A stretch of 64,000 nt of DNA from Selaginella moellendorffii (lineage: Eukaryota; Plantae; Lycopodiophyta). The stretch lies in assembly GCF_000143415.4 (NCBI RefSeq), contig NW_003314370.1, forward strand, positions 427,517 to 491,516. The letters are read 5' to 3'. The position numbers and the translations under genes are program-made. The notes under the pieces were generated by a model, which saw nothing but the letters and a program-made list of their open reading frames with translations, was not told the DNA's origin and did not search any database. Below are positions 37,495 to 51,450 of this stretch, piece after piece. Position 1 is the stretch's first letter, and each line of letters opens with the position of its first letter.

Positions 37495-37748
37495 CCCGCG
37501 AAGAGCATTTGTAGTGGCAAGCAACGGTAGCGATGGCCATGGAAGTGGTGACTTTAAAGTTCGCGAGCGTTTCACTGTTTTAAGCCGCTATAAGTGAAAA
37601 GAGAGAAGCAAGATGAAAAAAAAAAAGACCACTCTTGTTTGGTTTGTTACAGTGGTGGTTTGAATGCCTGCGTTTGTTTTTTCCTAGACTTAAAACAAGT
37701 TTTAGTAGACTGGTAAAAGCAATCGATTGAATTTTGACGAGCGTCGAT

Positions 37749-38787
<1,039 letters not shown>

Positions 38788-39132
38788 CTATATTTCTTTC
38801 AAAGACACAAGCACGAAAAAAAAAACACGGAGAGAAACAACAAAAGACTTTCTAGCGCCTTGCTGCTGCGTCCTGCTCGAAAAATCCATTGTAAAGCCCT
38901 AATTCGCGCACGGAAATGGATCCACAGATCCATCCCGGATGTGGACTGGAGCGTACCTCGGATTCGCGCGCGCGACGCCACGCGACGAAAAGATCCAAGC
39001 GCTGTTCTTCCTTTTTGTTCTTCCCTCACAAAACAAAATATAGAAAAGAAACCCTCCCTTTTCAAAAGGGACACCTTTATTATTCCTAAACGAGTACTTG
39101 CCCAGCAAATGCTGGGTGGTTTACAAAGAGGT

Positions 39133-40707
39133 TCAATATAAAACCTCTTTATAGACAGTGTTGATTGTAAAAATAGAAGGATCTTGAGGAAGGAGGTGGC
39201 CTTGGCGTGTGGTGTTTTGAACTTTAATTCCAAGTCCATGTGGTGATGTGCATCTTGATAAAGCCACATAAAGTTGCCCATGAGTGAGAATTGGGTGGGG
39301 CAAGTAAACTCCAACTTGGTCAAATGTTTGTCCTTGGCATTTCGAGATTGTTAAGCAGTAACCCAAACGAATTGGAAACTGTCGTCTGGACATTTTGAAT
39401 GGAATTTCTGTATTTGATGGTATTAGTGTGATACGTGGGATAAAAACTCTTGTCCCTTTAAATTGCTCCATCACAATTTCACAATCTAAAACATTTGGTA
39501 GTGCATTTTTCAGGATAAGACGTGTGCTATTGCATAATCCTGCTGATGGAGACATATTTTTTAGGAGGATAAGAATAGCACCTTGTTTGAGAGAGAGTTT
39601 ATGTGGCGGGAGACCAGAAGGTGTAATAGAATTTAGGAATTCTATTGGAAAATTTTCAGGATGTTCAGTGTCAACAAAATCAATGCTTTTGTAGATGTAT
39701 GTATCACCTTGTAATCTAGAGACAGTAGTGTTGTTGATTGCAAATGTATCATCGTTAAGTGGGGTAAGTATGACTCGGTTGGCTGCAATATAAGGGTCTG
39801 AAATCTCAAGTACTAAAGGGTAGACAAAATCAATAATTGATGAATAAATTAGTTGTGTATGAGGTAATAAAATGGAGTTAGAAGGCAAAGATGGTAAATT
39901 TTCAAAATTCTCACCATTTCCAACTTTGAGAAGCCATTCAGACCATGATTTATCACTTTCAGCAAGCTGCATATTTGTTTTCAAAGATAACTTTCTAAAT
40001 AATCTCCATAATTTATTCATTCTTACAGAACTTGAAACAATTTGTGCCCTATGTCCATGTGGAATGACTGGAAGTGTTTGTCTAAAGTCCCCGCTAGTGA
40101 CAACAATTATGCCACCAAAAGGTAATGATGTATTTTTTAGGTCTTGCAACACTCGATCAACAGCAGTGAATGCATAAGTGTGAATCATACTTATTTCATC
40201 CCATAACAATACGTTAGTAGTTTTGATTCTTATACCTGCTTCACTATTAACAGTTATAGCAGAAGTTGATGTTTCATTTATTGGAACAGGAAGTTTAAAA
40301 GTAGTATGTGAAGTTCGGCCATTATAAAGTAAAGTACTTGCAATTCCTGTCCAAGCCATGCTAACAACATTTATTTTTTTCAGTTGTAAAACATTTATAA
40401 GAGTGTTAAGAAGAAATGTTTTACCAGTACCACCAGGACCATCAATGAAAATGTATCGATTAAGCTTAGTTGGGTGATCAATAACATTAAGAATATCATT
40501 AAAAATATTTAACTGTTCTTGATTAAATCGAGGAATATTTTGTTCAACATTTTGATATATTTGTGTTGAGTTGATAATATTTTCATCATCAAAATTTTCA
40601 GACGGCATAGGTAGATGATAGTTTTGATTAGTTTTGCCATGCATTTTCATTTTAATATTTATATCATGTAAAGCATGTTCATAATGAAAAACTGGATTTG
40701 TTTGCAT
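39133..40707 (-). pseudogene. Helitron PIF1-family helicase ORF (C-terminal part of the broken RepHel)
   Basis: SF1 helicase motifs I-VI in a 524-aa ORF, separated from Rep by frameshifts at about 40800-41560. Confidence 0.9.
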
Positions 40708-41560
40708 GAAATCCTCAGAGAGGAAGTCTTTAAATTTATCCCATAGGAGGTAAGGATCTTTTGGAGTGCAAAAGATACAAAGTAATACAAATAATTGTCA
40801 TAATTGTGATGGCATTCTAAAAAAGCAAGCATCTTCCAAACATTTTTCCCATTCGGTATCATCAGCTATAAGCCCCATTGCATCTGCAACTTGTTGAAAT
40901 GTGTCATAATAAATATTGTTAACTGTCTTGAGATCTTTGAAAGACGTAGCACCTTTTTTATGGAGTAAAATAAGACGTAAATGATATAGTTCAACATTAG
41001 ATGGCGACACAGAATACATTCGGGGAATGACATTTCTTGTATGTCGAATTTGCTAGTTATGAGTATGAGGGTTAAATGTATAATATAAAGGGATTTCAGG
41101 ATATGTATATTGTCTAGCATTTGGGTCATTTATATTTAATTCAAACCATTTTGTCAACATCGTACCATTTTGAGTAGCTCTTTGAAGTGCTATTTGTTCA
41201 GAACCTTCTATAAAATAGACGCTTTGAAAATTTGGAATGAATGGATAGGAAGACGGATTATAGGGGTCGAATGACCATGCATTTTAAATTTAAAAAGTCT
41301 CCATATTGCCTCTGGGGCAAATACATAACGTGTATTTTAAAATGTTGAGATTTCATCCCAATTTAAAATATTATCAGATTGTTGGGTTGCTGAATGGATT
41401 TCAATTGTAGCACAATCATAACCTTTATAAACATATTGAAATAAATACTTAATACTTTTTATAGTAGCACAAATTGCAATATTAATATGAGCATTATATT
41501 TTGTACAAAGGTATTTATTATAAGGCACTACCCAACGATTATCAATATAACACCCATTTT

Positions 41561-43501
41561 TTAAAATGTACGGCCATTATCAGGTCTATAATAATCTGGA
41601 TATCCATCAACACTAAAAGTAGTTTCATAGTTAAATTTTTTTGGATAACCTTTTGAGCAAGTGCCATTTTCCATGCAAAGACTATTAGGGTTAAGAGGCC
41701 CACATGGACCATGTATCATATGAGATGTAATTATTTTAGAAATTTCAGGTTCATTTTGAGGATCAAGCAATTGTGCCGTTATGTATTGGTCAATAGCATC
41801 ACGGTCTTTAATCTTGTTTTCATGAGATAAAATCCCTAGAAAGTGACAATGTGGAAGGCCTCTCTTTTGAAATTCAATTACATATATAAAAGAAATACAA
41901 TTTCCAAAAATATGTTTTTTAGTAATATCATTCAAAAATTCTTTAAGCTTGATATGAAATACTCTCGAAACCAAGTCTGGACGATCCTCAGGGCTTTCAT
42001 TTGGATGTAAATTTTTAGAAATTTCTGGCCATTTGGGATTGCATGTAAAAGTAATGAAAAGATCTAGCTTTGAAAAATGAGTAACTATAGCTATTGCATC
42101 TTGATAATTTTGTTGCATTGCTCTAAGGCCACCCCCAAAACTTGAAGGTAAAATAACAATCTTGCCTGGATTTATATTTTCATTAGTAGCACGGTTTGCA
42201 ACATAATCCATAAGATCAGTATACATTTCAACTCGCAATTGTTTTTGATGAGTGCGATAGTAATTCAAATTATTGCTTTCAACTTTTACATAAGCATCGA
42301 CAATATATTGTTGTGTGAGTTTTCCTGCATGTAAAATTTGATCAAAACCAAAGTGTATTGTGTCTCTTACAGATAAACAGTATGCATAATATTGGAGCAA
42401 TGTAATTCGACGTCCGGAATTAAAAATATTTTTGTGCCAACCTCTATCACCAAAAGGAAATATTAATGGGTAAACCATTGGATCACAATTATAATCAAGT
42501 CTTGCAGTTGGATATATATAAATTTCACGACTATGTGGCGGTTCTCCATTGTCACTAACAAACACAACAGCAACATCATTTGTCCGTGGAGCATTATAGC
42601 GTCGTGGATTAGTTCCTTCAGTTTTTAATAACATGTAAACACCACGTATAGGATAACCTGAAAGCGTAGCAGAACGAATTTCTTCTTGTTCCATTTCATA
42701 CATCATTTTGAAAGCTTGAGCATATGGGTTAACATGACGAAGGAGAGCATCAAGATGTTTAAGTAAGTTTGTCTCACAGCTTGAATTAAAAGGGTTTTGC
42801 TTTCTTATATTTGTAGCTTCTAGAGTATCAAGCATATAAAGTTGTCCATAAGTTCGACATTGACCTTCAGAAGGATGTGCTGAAACAATATTATGATATA
42901 TTTGACCATGGATTTTAAAGCAATAAGGACCATGACCTTTTACAATATCAATATTAGAAGACATAGATGCAAAAGCAAGAGCACTATTGTAGTGTCTAAT
43001 ATTTGTTTTAAAATTAGAGTTCTTATTTTGCTTATAAAGTGAAAGTAAATCAAATGGTAAGGGTGAAATTGGAGGTAATATAACTTGGTTATTCTGGCAA
43101 CACATTGAAGAGTTTTCATCTTTAAAATGCAATGCATTACAAAAAGTACAAACAAATGATAAACTACCAATATTAAAATTTATTATGTTAAAGTCATTAT
43201 AAATGCTATGGCTTGCTAGTGTGGTATTCATGGGTGGGAGTGGTGGATTTAATATTGCTTGATATATGTAATTGTCATACTGGCATGCATGTAAGGTTCC
43301 AGATGCTTCTGAGTGTCCAACTGATTGCTGTATATAGTCATTATCATGATTAATATTTTGGTGTATAGAATCATCATCCTGATTATTTTGAACAGCTATA
43401 GTATGTGTATCATGATCAATCATAGTTTCAGAGGCATCTAAATCTCCATTAGATTGTTTACTATGTCGTATGGTTCTCAAAAGATGGCGGAGGCAAGGCA
43501 T
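41561..43501 (-). pseudogene. Helitron Rep ORF (N-terminal part of the broken RepHel)
   Basis: Zn-finger-like CTFC...MCC, Helitron_like_N region and the HUH motif PHCH in a 646-aa ORF. Confidence 0.9.
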
Positions 43502-43528
43502 TTTCAGTCACTTCGATTATAGGTTTGA

Positions 43529-43559
<31 letters not shown>

Positions 43560-43660
43560 GAGTTTGTATAGAAGTTTATGCAGAATAGAAATGCAGACTA
43601 CAGTTGGATATATATAAATTTCACAACTATGTAATGATCTGAAAGGAAAATATTAGACTT

Positions 43661-43915
43661 TTGCGAAGCACACTCAAGAACAACAAAATAACTCCAATGT
43701 TGTGTTTACCAATCTCTGGCAGCTCTCCAAGATTTCCAATGTATAGTCTGGACTTTGGATGGGGGAAACCAGCCGCTGTTCAACACGCTACGAAGCTGTG
43801 GAACGGCTTCTGCTTCTACGACCCATCACCGAGAGGTGGGAAAGCCATTGAAGTCACGGTGTTCCTTCCTCTTGAAACAATGGCGAAGTTCAGTGAGAAA
43901 GTCAAAACGAATTAA
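43661..43915 (+). pseudogene. BAHD acyltransferase C-terminal fragment
   Basis: ISGSSPRFPMYSLDFGWGKPAAV contains the DFGWG motif and runs to a natural-looking C-terminus. No upstream HxxxD region. Confidence 0.85.
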
Positions 43916-44088
43916 TCCTGTGTACCATAATATCCAGAGTCCATCGTCCCGTCTGCTTGTGTGACATGACTTGACTCCAATCAATCCGTGCGTGCTGTTT
44001 AGAATATAATATCCCCGAGCCTCTAGGAGTCCCTATGCTGCTTTGCTTGTCACTGCGAGTTCGGGCTTGGATCTTCGACGGGGTGAAG

Positions 44089-44270
44089 ATGAAAATGGAC
44101 GACTTTCAAGTGAAAATCACCGAGGTACATCTTCTCTCGCCTGCAAATCCCGCAGAGAGGTGTCAGCTCCCCTTCACAACATTCGCTCTAATGCAAAAGA
44201 GGGACTCCATGCCATACCTTCAAAGAGTAGCGTTCTATGAATCCACTGGTAAAGACGCAGATCTCCAACA
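44089..44270 (+). pseudogene. BAHD acyltransferase N-terminal fragment
   Basis: MKMDDFQVKITEVHLLSPANP...LPFTTFAL...PYLQRVAFYES resembles a BAHD N-terminus, then is truncated. Confidence 0.6.
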
Positions 44271-44411
44271 GGGATCATACCGAACGCTGCCGCAAATGGG
44301 AGGATTTCCTCACACCAGAATGGCCGCCATTCAAGAACACGTCTGGATGGAAGCTCGACGAAATATTTCGACTTCTTGGTGATTGAGAGCGGTGTTGCTG
44401 GCCTTCGGTAT
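44271..44411 (+). pseudogene. L-aspartate oxidase N-terminal fragment
   Basis: An alternate frame reads ...GSSTKYFDFLVIESGVAGLRY, matching plant aspartate oxidase TKYxDFxVIGSGVAGLRYA as I recall it, with the first Rossmann Gly changed to Glu. Confidence 0.7.
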
Positions 44412-46069
44412 ACGCAACGTTGCCAGGTTGTGTCCGGTGGGGCGTCTTCTCCGACCTCATGAGCTCGGCTTGGCACAGGGCCTGGTAAGCCAGCATCTCC
44501 TGCTTCGCCTGGGCCTCGTTGATCCTACCATTCTACTCGCCCCTGTTACTTACCACGCACAGGCTCTCAGGGGAACGCCCACACAACCGTGTCCGAGCAG
44601 AGCAGCCATGGAGCCCTAGGAGTGCATGGCATAACACCTGTCACCACGCCCTCTTCCCTTCCCGGCCACGCGTGCATCCCGCCCATTGGCCGCCACAACA
44701 TTGAGCCGATATTCCCACTAACCATGGCCACCGGCCCTGGCCCGAGCCTGGGCTGGCCTCCCCTCGCCGAGAACCATGGCTTCCGAGGCTGCCCCGGGCC
44801 TGGGATCGGATGGCTGCGGAGGTGTGGGTTCTTCGTTCTTATTATTATAGATGGTTAGTCATTTTAGAATCGTTAAATAAATCGTTAGATGATCTTATAG
44901 AAACAATATACTAATATAATAAGAACATATTCCTTGCAATTGTTTCAAGGTTTCAATTGTTGCAATTATTTGGAATTCATCCATTCCTATATATAATAGG
45001 TACCTTAATTAAAATATTTATTCTTACATCCACAATTGAAAGTGAATAAAACTTTTTTATAATGCTTTTCTCAATGTTTGGGATTATGCTTTTATTCTTA
45101 TTCTCATCTGTGTTATCTTTTATCCAAATCTAAGATTGTAACTATTAAATATATTCTTCCCTTTACAATTTTTATTTCATTTTCTTCATCTATCATACCA
45201 TATGCCTCAATTGAAAAGTATGTTATCCAAAGGTGCAAATGATGTTATATTGTTATTACCTAACAATGTTGTTCATATGTCTATATGATTATATAGCTTC
45301 TCTTATTCTTAGTGTCTTGCCATTTCTTATTAATATAAAGTGTGATTATAATATTGATTAGAGAGTTATGGATGATGTAGTATAGTTTTTGGGGAATATT
45401 CAAGGATCCAGTTTATTAGATGATGATATTTGTAAGGTTGAATGGATTCTTACTGGCGAGAAAATTTAATTACTTTTAAATTAATTTTGAAAATGAGTTA
45501 AAAATTTCATAGGTTATATCAACCCTTCAGTATAGCATTTAATCCTTTCTCCTTACCCTTTTTTTATTCCCCAACTTTTTTCTATTTTCAACTTGAGCCA
45601 CCTTTTTATATTCTTAATGTTTTTTTCTTTATTTACAACATTTTCTTTTCCTAAGACATTGCAATTACTATAAAGGTGTTAAATTGCCCTAAAGAAAAAA
45701 TAAGTTGTGATGATGAGGAGGTTAATGAGAAATATAGTATATTGATCATTTGTGACTTTTGTTATTTTCAATACAATGTTAAGTTGAGTGTTTTTTATCT
45801 TCATATTAATTTAGATGTTCATAAAGCTGAAAATCTTACCTTTGTTTAAATGATGAAATCTTTAAACAATTTTAATATTGAGTATTCCCTAATTCTAAAG
45901 GTTAAATCACTTTTGTTAGAGTTTCAAATTAAGTGCATTTCCCCAATTGCAATTATCATTAAAAGTCTTTGTTTTATTGTTGTTATTAAAGAGTTATTTT
46001 GAGTGTGGAGTTTTTCTTTGATTTTCCCATATTAAATGTTGAGTTTAATATTAAAAAGATTGAACATGT

Positions 46070-46226
46070 GGAATTGAAAGTTCTGGAGGTCATCTAGCCC
46101 AAACCTAAGGACATTTAACTCCGAATATCCCAAGACCTTTAACCAATTACAAAAAGGGGCACATTCTTGTTTATGGGCTTTTTCCTTTTATATTTGAACC
46201 TCATGAATCGTCTCTCAAGTCATTTT
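46070..46226 (-). mobile_element. Degenerate Cassandra-like LTR
   Basis: Reverse-complement similarity to 47549-47743 (gaatatcccaagacc, aaaaaggggcaca, tatatttgaacc, tcgtctctcaagtc). Confidence 0.75.
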
Positions 46227-46314
46227 ATTTTATTGTTTATAGGAATCTCTTGTTTATTTTATGGTGGTTAAATTGTTTTATAATAAGAAATCATTTATTA
46301 TCTAAACTTTGAGT

Positions 46315-49300
46315 TATGAATGCTTGGAATATGAAAAGGGAATATAAAAAATGTGCATATCAATTAGCCCAAAAACCTTAGTTTATATATAGGAGCGAAT
46401 GGTCTAAATTGAAACTAATCCGACAGCTACCAAAATCCCACTATACTAATATTAGTATATGGCATTGTAACTGTACACTTGGCCCTCACATCACCCCTTC
46501 CTCTCGAAATAATGAAAGACCATTAGGATTCTCTTGTAGATGGGCTGGGATTTGCTCCTGATCCCTTTGTATGAAGTGTTTCAACCACTGTATATGCATA
46601 ATCTCTGGAGGATCAACCTATTAGATATCATGCTGAACCTTATAAATTTGTGGTCCAACTTGCTACAACACCTGATATGGTCCTTTCCATTGCACAAGGA
46701 GCCCCTTAGATAAACCATGTACCATAAGATGAGGAAAACAAACTAACACCAAATCATTCACTTTATACTCCACAGGTGGATGATGATGGGAGTTGTAGCA
46801 CTGTTGTTGTCCCACTTGTACACAGCCTAAGTGTTTGGTAGACTTTGCTCGAACAAGTGGAAGAATGCTCGTCAAATACTAATCCCACGACCTAGTATCG
46901 GCAGCTGAATGGCAAAGAACTTCATCCATCATCTGTTAGAAAGTTGCTGGAGGATTGTTTAAACCAAACGGCATCACCAAGAACTCGTATAAACCAAATG
47001 GTGTATGAAAAGTAGTTTTAGGAATATCTTCTTTGGCCATTGGTACTTGCCAATACCCAGAAGCAAGATCTAGCTTAGTGAATTAACGACTTCACCCCAG
47101 ACGATTCAAGAGATCAGCAATGTGAGGAAAAGGGTACATATCTAGGATTGTCACTTCGTTTAATAAATAATAGTCGATGTAGAAATGAATACTCCTATCA
47201 GACTTTGTCACAAGATGAAGTTCACATGCCTAAAGACTCTGCGACTTCTGAATAACACCCTTCTCCAACATCTCATTGACATTTGCATGTAAAATCTTGA
47301 CCTCTAACATATCGCAAAGAACATCATCCATCATCCGCTGAAAAGTTGCTAAAGCATTGTTCAAACCAAACGGTATCACCAATAACTTGTACAAACCAAA
47401 CGGTGTACAAAAAGTAATCTTAGGAATATTTTCTTCAACCATTGGTACTTACCAATATCCAGAAGCAAGATCTAGCTTGGTGAACTAACAACTTCTGTCC
47501 AAATGATCTAAGAGATTAGTAGTGTGAGGAAGAGGGTACACATTTAGGTGTAAGCAACCAAAGAGAATGACTTAAGAAACGATCTGTTAGGGTTCAAATA
47601 TAAAGAGAAAAGGCCCATGAATAAGAGTGCACCCCCTTTTCTAATCGATTAAGGGTTTTGGGATATTTGAGGTTAAACTTCCTTGAGTTTAAATAATACT
47701 AGGTTGGGTGACCTCTTAGGAAGTCCAAACTCAAGAGTTTACATTTGGTATCAGAGGGGTCTCAAATCCGACTCTATTGGTTGGCTAGGGGATCACACCA
47801 TATGTTGATTGACATTTAGCTGGTCTAGTTTGCTCTTGTTGGGTTTAACCCGATGGGTAGAGTGTCAAGAGAGCAGGGCTCTCAAGAGAGCTGTGGCTCT
47901 CAGCTTCCGTTCACGAGGGCGTGAACTTGCAGGGAAGCGTGGTGGATTGTAAGCAACCAAAGAGAACGACTTGAGAGACGATCTGTTAGAGTTCAAATAT
48001 AGAGGGAAAGGGCCCATGAACAAGAGTGCACCCCTTTTTCCAATCGATTAAGGGTCTTGGGATATTTTAGGTTAAGCATCCTTGGGTTTGAATAATACTG
48101 GGCAACAGCCAATGAAGTACGGTCGAGCTCCTAAAAAACTCACCCTCACCCCTTGGGTGACCTCCCGGGAAGTCCAAACTCAAGAACTTAAATAACACCC
48201 TTTTTCAACATCTCCTTGATGTTTGACTGCAATAACATAAAAATCATTGGAGGGATCAGAAAAGGGAAGAGCAGAACAAGATAGAAACATAGGAGGAAAT
48301 AGTGGGGGAACAAAAGTAATGGAAGCAGAGGTAGAAGTAGAGGGACAAAGAGGTATGAAAGTGAAAGGAATGGATAAAAATATAAGGAAGTATGAGACAA
48401 AGGGAAGAAGTCTTAAAGTCAAATTTGGCATGATTGCGTTGCAACCAATCCATACCAAGAATGAGGTCAAAAGCTTAACTTGGCACCACCCGCAATAACT
48501 ACAACTCAAGCTCAAGATCATCCACACGCACAATTAGGTCTGCTTCATCCCGTGCACATGCATATGTACAGCCGTTGCTATAAAGAATGAAAACTAGGTC
48601 TACCACATGACACAAGTGTAGACGACAACGTGTGGCAACAAGTCGAGCAATAGAAGATAAACTCAAACCTATATTAACTAACACGGAGAGAATAATAGGA
48701 GACCTCTTGTTATAAAAACGAGTTTGGAAAGTAAACACTAGATGAACCGGTGCCGAATGAACCCCTTGGTGATACTCCCGAAAAAAAGATGGAGGGGTCA
48801 TTGACTTATTCGCGCAAAGTCCCTCCGTTACTCGCGTGACTCCTCGTTTCCCAGATGCATCTCGGTGTCTAAACCTTCTACTTCAGCAGCACCAACAGGA
48901 CGTTGCTAACACCAAGGTCTCCACCCAGGAAATGGAAGTTGCCAATCCAGAAAACGCCGATAATGCCAATAAGTATGACCAACTTCATCACATGCCCAGT
49001 AGCGAATATCAAGGCCACGACCATGTCCTTGCCCTTGGCCTTGGACTTGAGCAGCAGTAGCATCAACTTCCATTAAAATAGGACCGTCACCCATAGGAAG
49101 TGGAGTTGAAGGACGTGCAACGAGAAGTGGAAAAAGCGACGTCTCATAACGTTGTGCCAAGCGAAGGGTGGCAGAAGCAAGTGCATGCACAAATCCGACA
49201 AAATCTTGACGAAGTGCTAGCCACAACATTCCTAGCTTGATCTGCTCCGACATATTTGGCTCCACACGAAACAGAAAACTTCAAAAATGAACACCAAATT

Positions 49301-50154
49301 GCATCACCAACTCAGATGGCCCTTAGTGGAGATGATGCAATTGTTGGAAGGCATCATCATAGTTGATGGCATTTCCGAAGGTGCGCTTGAAGACGTCTGG
49401 GAGAACACTCCAATCCCCACGAGTGGCTACGTTCAAACCATTGTACCACTACAATGCCATCCCTTGAAGACACGTGGGAAACTTACGCAAATGTCAAGCA
49501 TCATCCCAAGAATGATATGTGGCAATCACCGTGAAGTGATCAAACCAATGATACATATCATCCCCAGGATTCCCGTGAAAGAACTTCGGCCGAATGCGAG
49601 GATTGGCACCAAGAGCATAAGGACGGGTACCACATGCCGTGAACATTGCTATCAACTAAGTTTGGTTGTTCAATTACAAACACATAGCATCAAGCAATTG
49701 TACCAACTATTGCTCCAAAGTTAAAGGAGGAGATTGCTGATCTGCCATGAAGATGAACGAAGAAAGAACAAAAAAAGAGAAATGACAAAAAGCTAGAAGG
49801 AAATGGTAAATCTAAACAATGCAAAAAAGTTAGATCTAAACCAAAATCCTGAAAGAAAAGAACAAAAGAAAGGAATGGAAAAAGCTAGATTTAGACGATG
49901 CAAAAGCTAGATTTAAATCAAAATCCTAAATCCAAGCACTCCTTAGAGACAATCAAAAGTGCCCCTCACCTCCACTAATGTGAATGTTTGGAATATAGAA
50001 AGGGAATATAGAAAATATGCATATTAATTAGCCCAAAAACCCTAGTTTATATACAGGAGTGAGTGGTCCAGATTAAAATCAATCCGATGGTTACCAAAAT
50101 CCCACTATGCTAATATTAATATACAGCATCGTAGTTGTACACTTGGCCTTCACA
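46315..50154 (-). mobile_element. Ty3/gypsy LTR retrotransposon, internally deleted and rearranged; LTRs 50154-49979 and 46490-46315
   Basis: Similar direct repeats of about 176 bp. PBS-like TAGTGGAGGTGAGGGG (tRNA-Ala-like) and PPT GAGAGGAAGGGGTGA. Degenerate gag knuckle (WACDEVGHTYWH), protease (GMDWLQRN), RT (KITFCTPFGLYKLLVIPFGLNNALATFQRMMD) and INT C-terminus (WKGPYQV). No TSD seen. Confidence 0.88.
47549..48191 (+). mobile_element. Cassandra-like TRIM with 5S rRNA-derived LTR segment; LTR1 47549-47743, internal region 47744-47947, LTR2 47948-about 48191
   Basis: TG...CA LTR; PBS TGGTATCAGAG (tRNA-iMet) at 47746-47756; purine-rich tract before LTR2; non-coding internal region of about 200 bp. 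The LTR segment GTTAA...CCTTG(G/A)GTTT...ATAATACTAGGTTGGGTGACCTC...GGAAGTCC aligns to 5S rRNA GTTAAGCGTGCTTGGGCGAGAGTAGTACTAGGATGGGTGACCTCCTGGGAAGTCC. Confidence 0.88.
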
Positions 50155-51450
50155 AAATATATTTTCTTTTTATTATTTCCCATTTTTTAGTTAACAATTG
50201 TTGAAAACTCCTCTTCTAATACTTCTTTATTCACTTTTTTTTCTTCTATAATATTTTTTTCTCAATTTTTCTTGCTTTCTTCTTTTTGCTCTAATATTTC
50301 AAAACTTTTTTTTTTTTTTGGAGGGGGTAAAGGGGACAAATAGAAGCTTACCCTTGATGATAGAGTAACAATAAGTGTAAACCAAAGATAAGTGAAAATA
50401 AGTTTAAATAAAAATATTTGGTCCCAATGTTAGCCCTAATATAATAAGACCAAAAAATATGATAATGGAATATATATGGCAAAGTGAGGATAAATGCCAC
50501 AAATTTGAACTAAGCCAATGCTTTAAAAAAAAAAACTTTGAGAAGAGGATAAAGAAAATATAAAAAACAAAAAAAGTGAGTCTAACCTTTCATATGTGGT
50601 GTTGGATTAGAACAAAAGTTATATGTCTAAGATAATATAAATTTCAAAAGTTGACTGAAGAGAAAATGCAAAAGTAAATTTTATTGATAGTTATAAATCT
50701 GAATTAATAGTGGTAGCTAATAAGAAAATTTAGAGATAAAATATATTATTTATTGCAATGGCATTTTGTGGACTTCTAAAATCCTTTGCTGTGGTTCAAT
50801 GTAATAGATTTAAATTTGGTTCGAGCATTTGGTAGTTGCATATAAAGTTTGTAATTGGTTTATCAATATTTTGTAATTGATTTATACTTATATCATGACT
50901 TTGGGTTTTGTTTTTGTCATAATTGTTAGCAACTATGCTATTGATTCTATGGGAACTTCAAATTTTTATAACAATTTATACTCACTCAATAAAAGTTCTA
51001 TCACCATCACTTTTCATCTTCCAGAAGAGTAAAGTAGAATATATATATGCAGATAATTTCTTATTTATAGTAATATAGTATAAATAAAAGATTTTCCAAA
51101 GGTCTCTAGGTAACCTCTCAATTTTGTCATTATAATGGTAGTTTGTCTCTTAACCTTCTATTTTGTTCCTCATCATCACTTGTGAACACTTTTGAAGTGT
51201 TGTGTGACATGTTACCTAGCATAATCCAAAGAAAACATAGTCATTAGCAAACCAAATCTTTGCAAAGCTAAATGTCATAGCTACTCAACCCCTTATTATT
51301 GGTGTAGTCCATTGTCTAGACTTGTCTAGATCCTCATGATTCAGTACATTTACAAGCCAGAGTTCCCATCCCACTCATCTTGATTGGAGGTTTAGGGTTC
51401 TAAGACCCTAGAATAAGAATATTCTGGATATGGATTAATCAACCAAAAAA

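Larger units (their letters stand above)
39091..43551 (-). mobile_element. Autonomous-type Helitron (Rep/HUH + PIF1 helicase), inactivated by frameshifts and stops
   Basis: Rep: YNSALAFAS, KLTQQYIVDAY, FITFTCNPKWPEI, EFQKRGLPHCH, SIKYLFQYVYKG. Helicase: DGPGGTGKT, WDEISM, GDFRQTLPV, QGQTF, HGQLYVALSR. 3' hairpin CCCAGCA-TT-TGCTGGG followed by CTCG|T at 39091. (TA)n near the 5' end. Confidence 0.93.

Noticed and set aside
44560-44830. GC-rich stretch as organellar DNA insertion or 16S/miR171-like sequence
   Set aside because: Only short partial resemblance; cannot be supported without a search.
47670-47726. Functional 5S rRNA gene
   Set aside because: Only the internal-promoter half is present, it is diverged, and it is embedded in an LTR.
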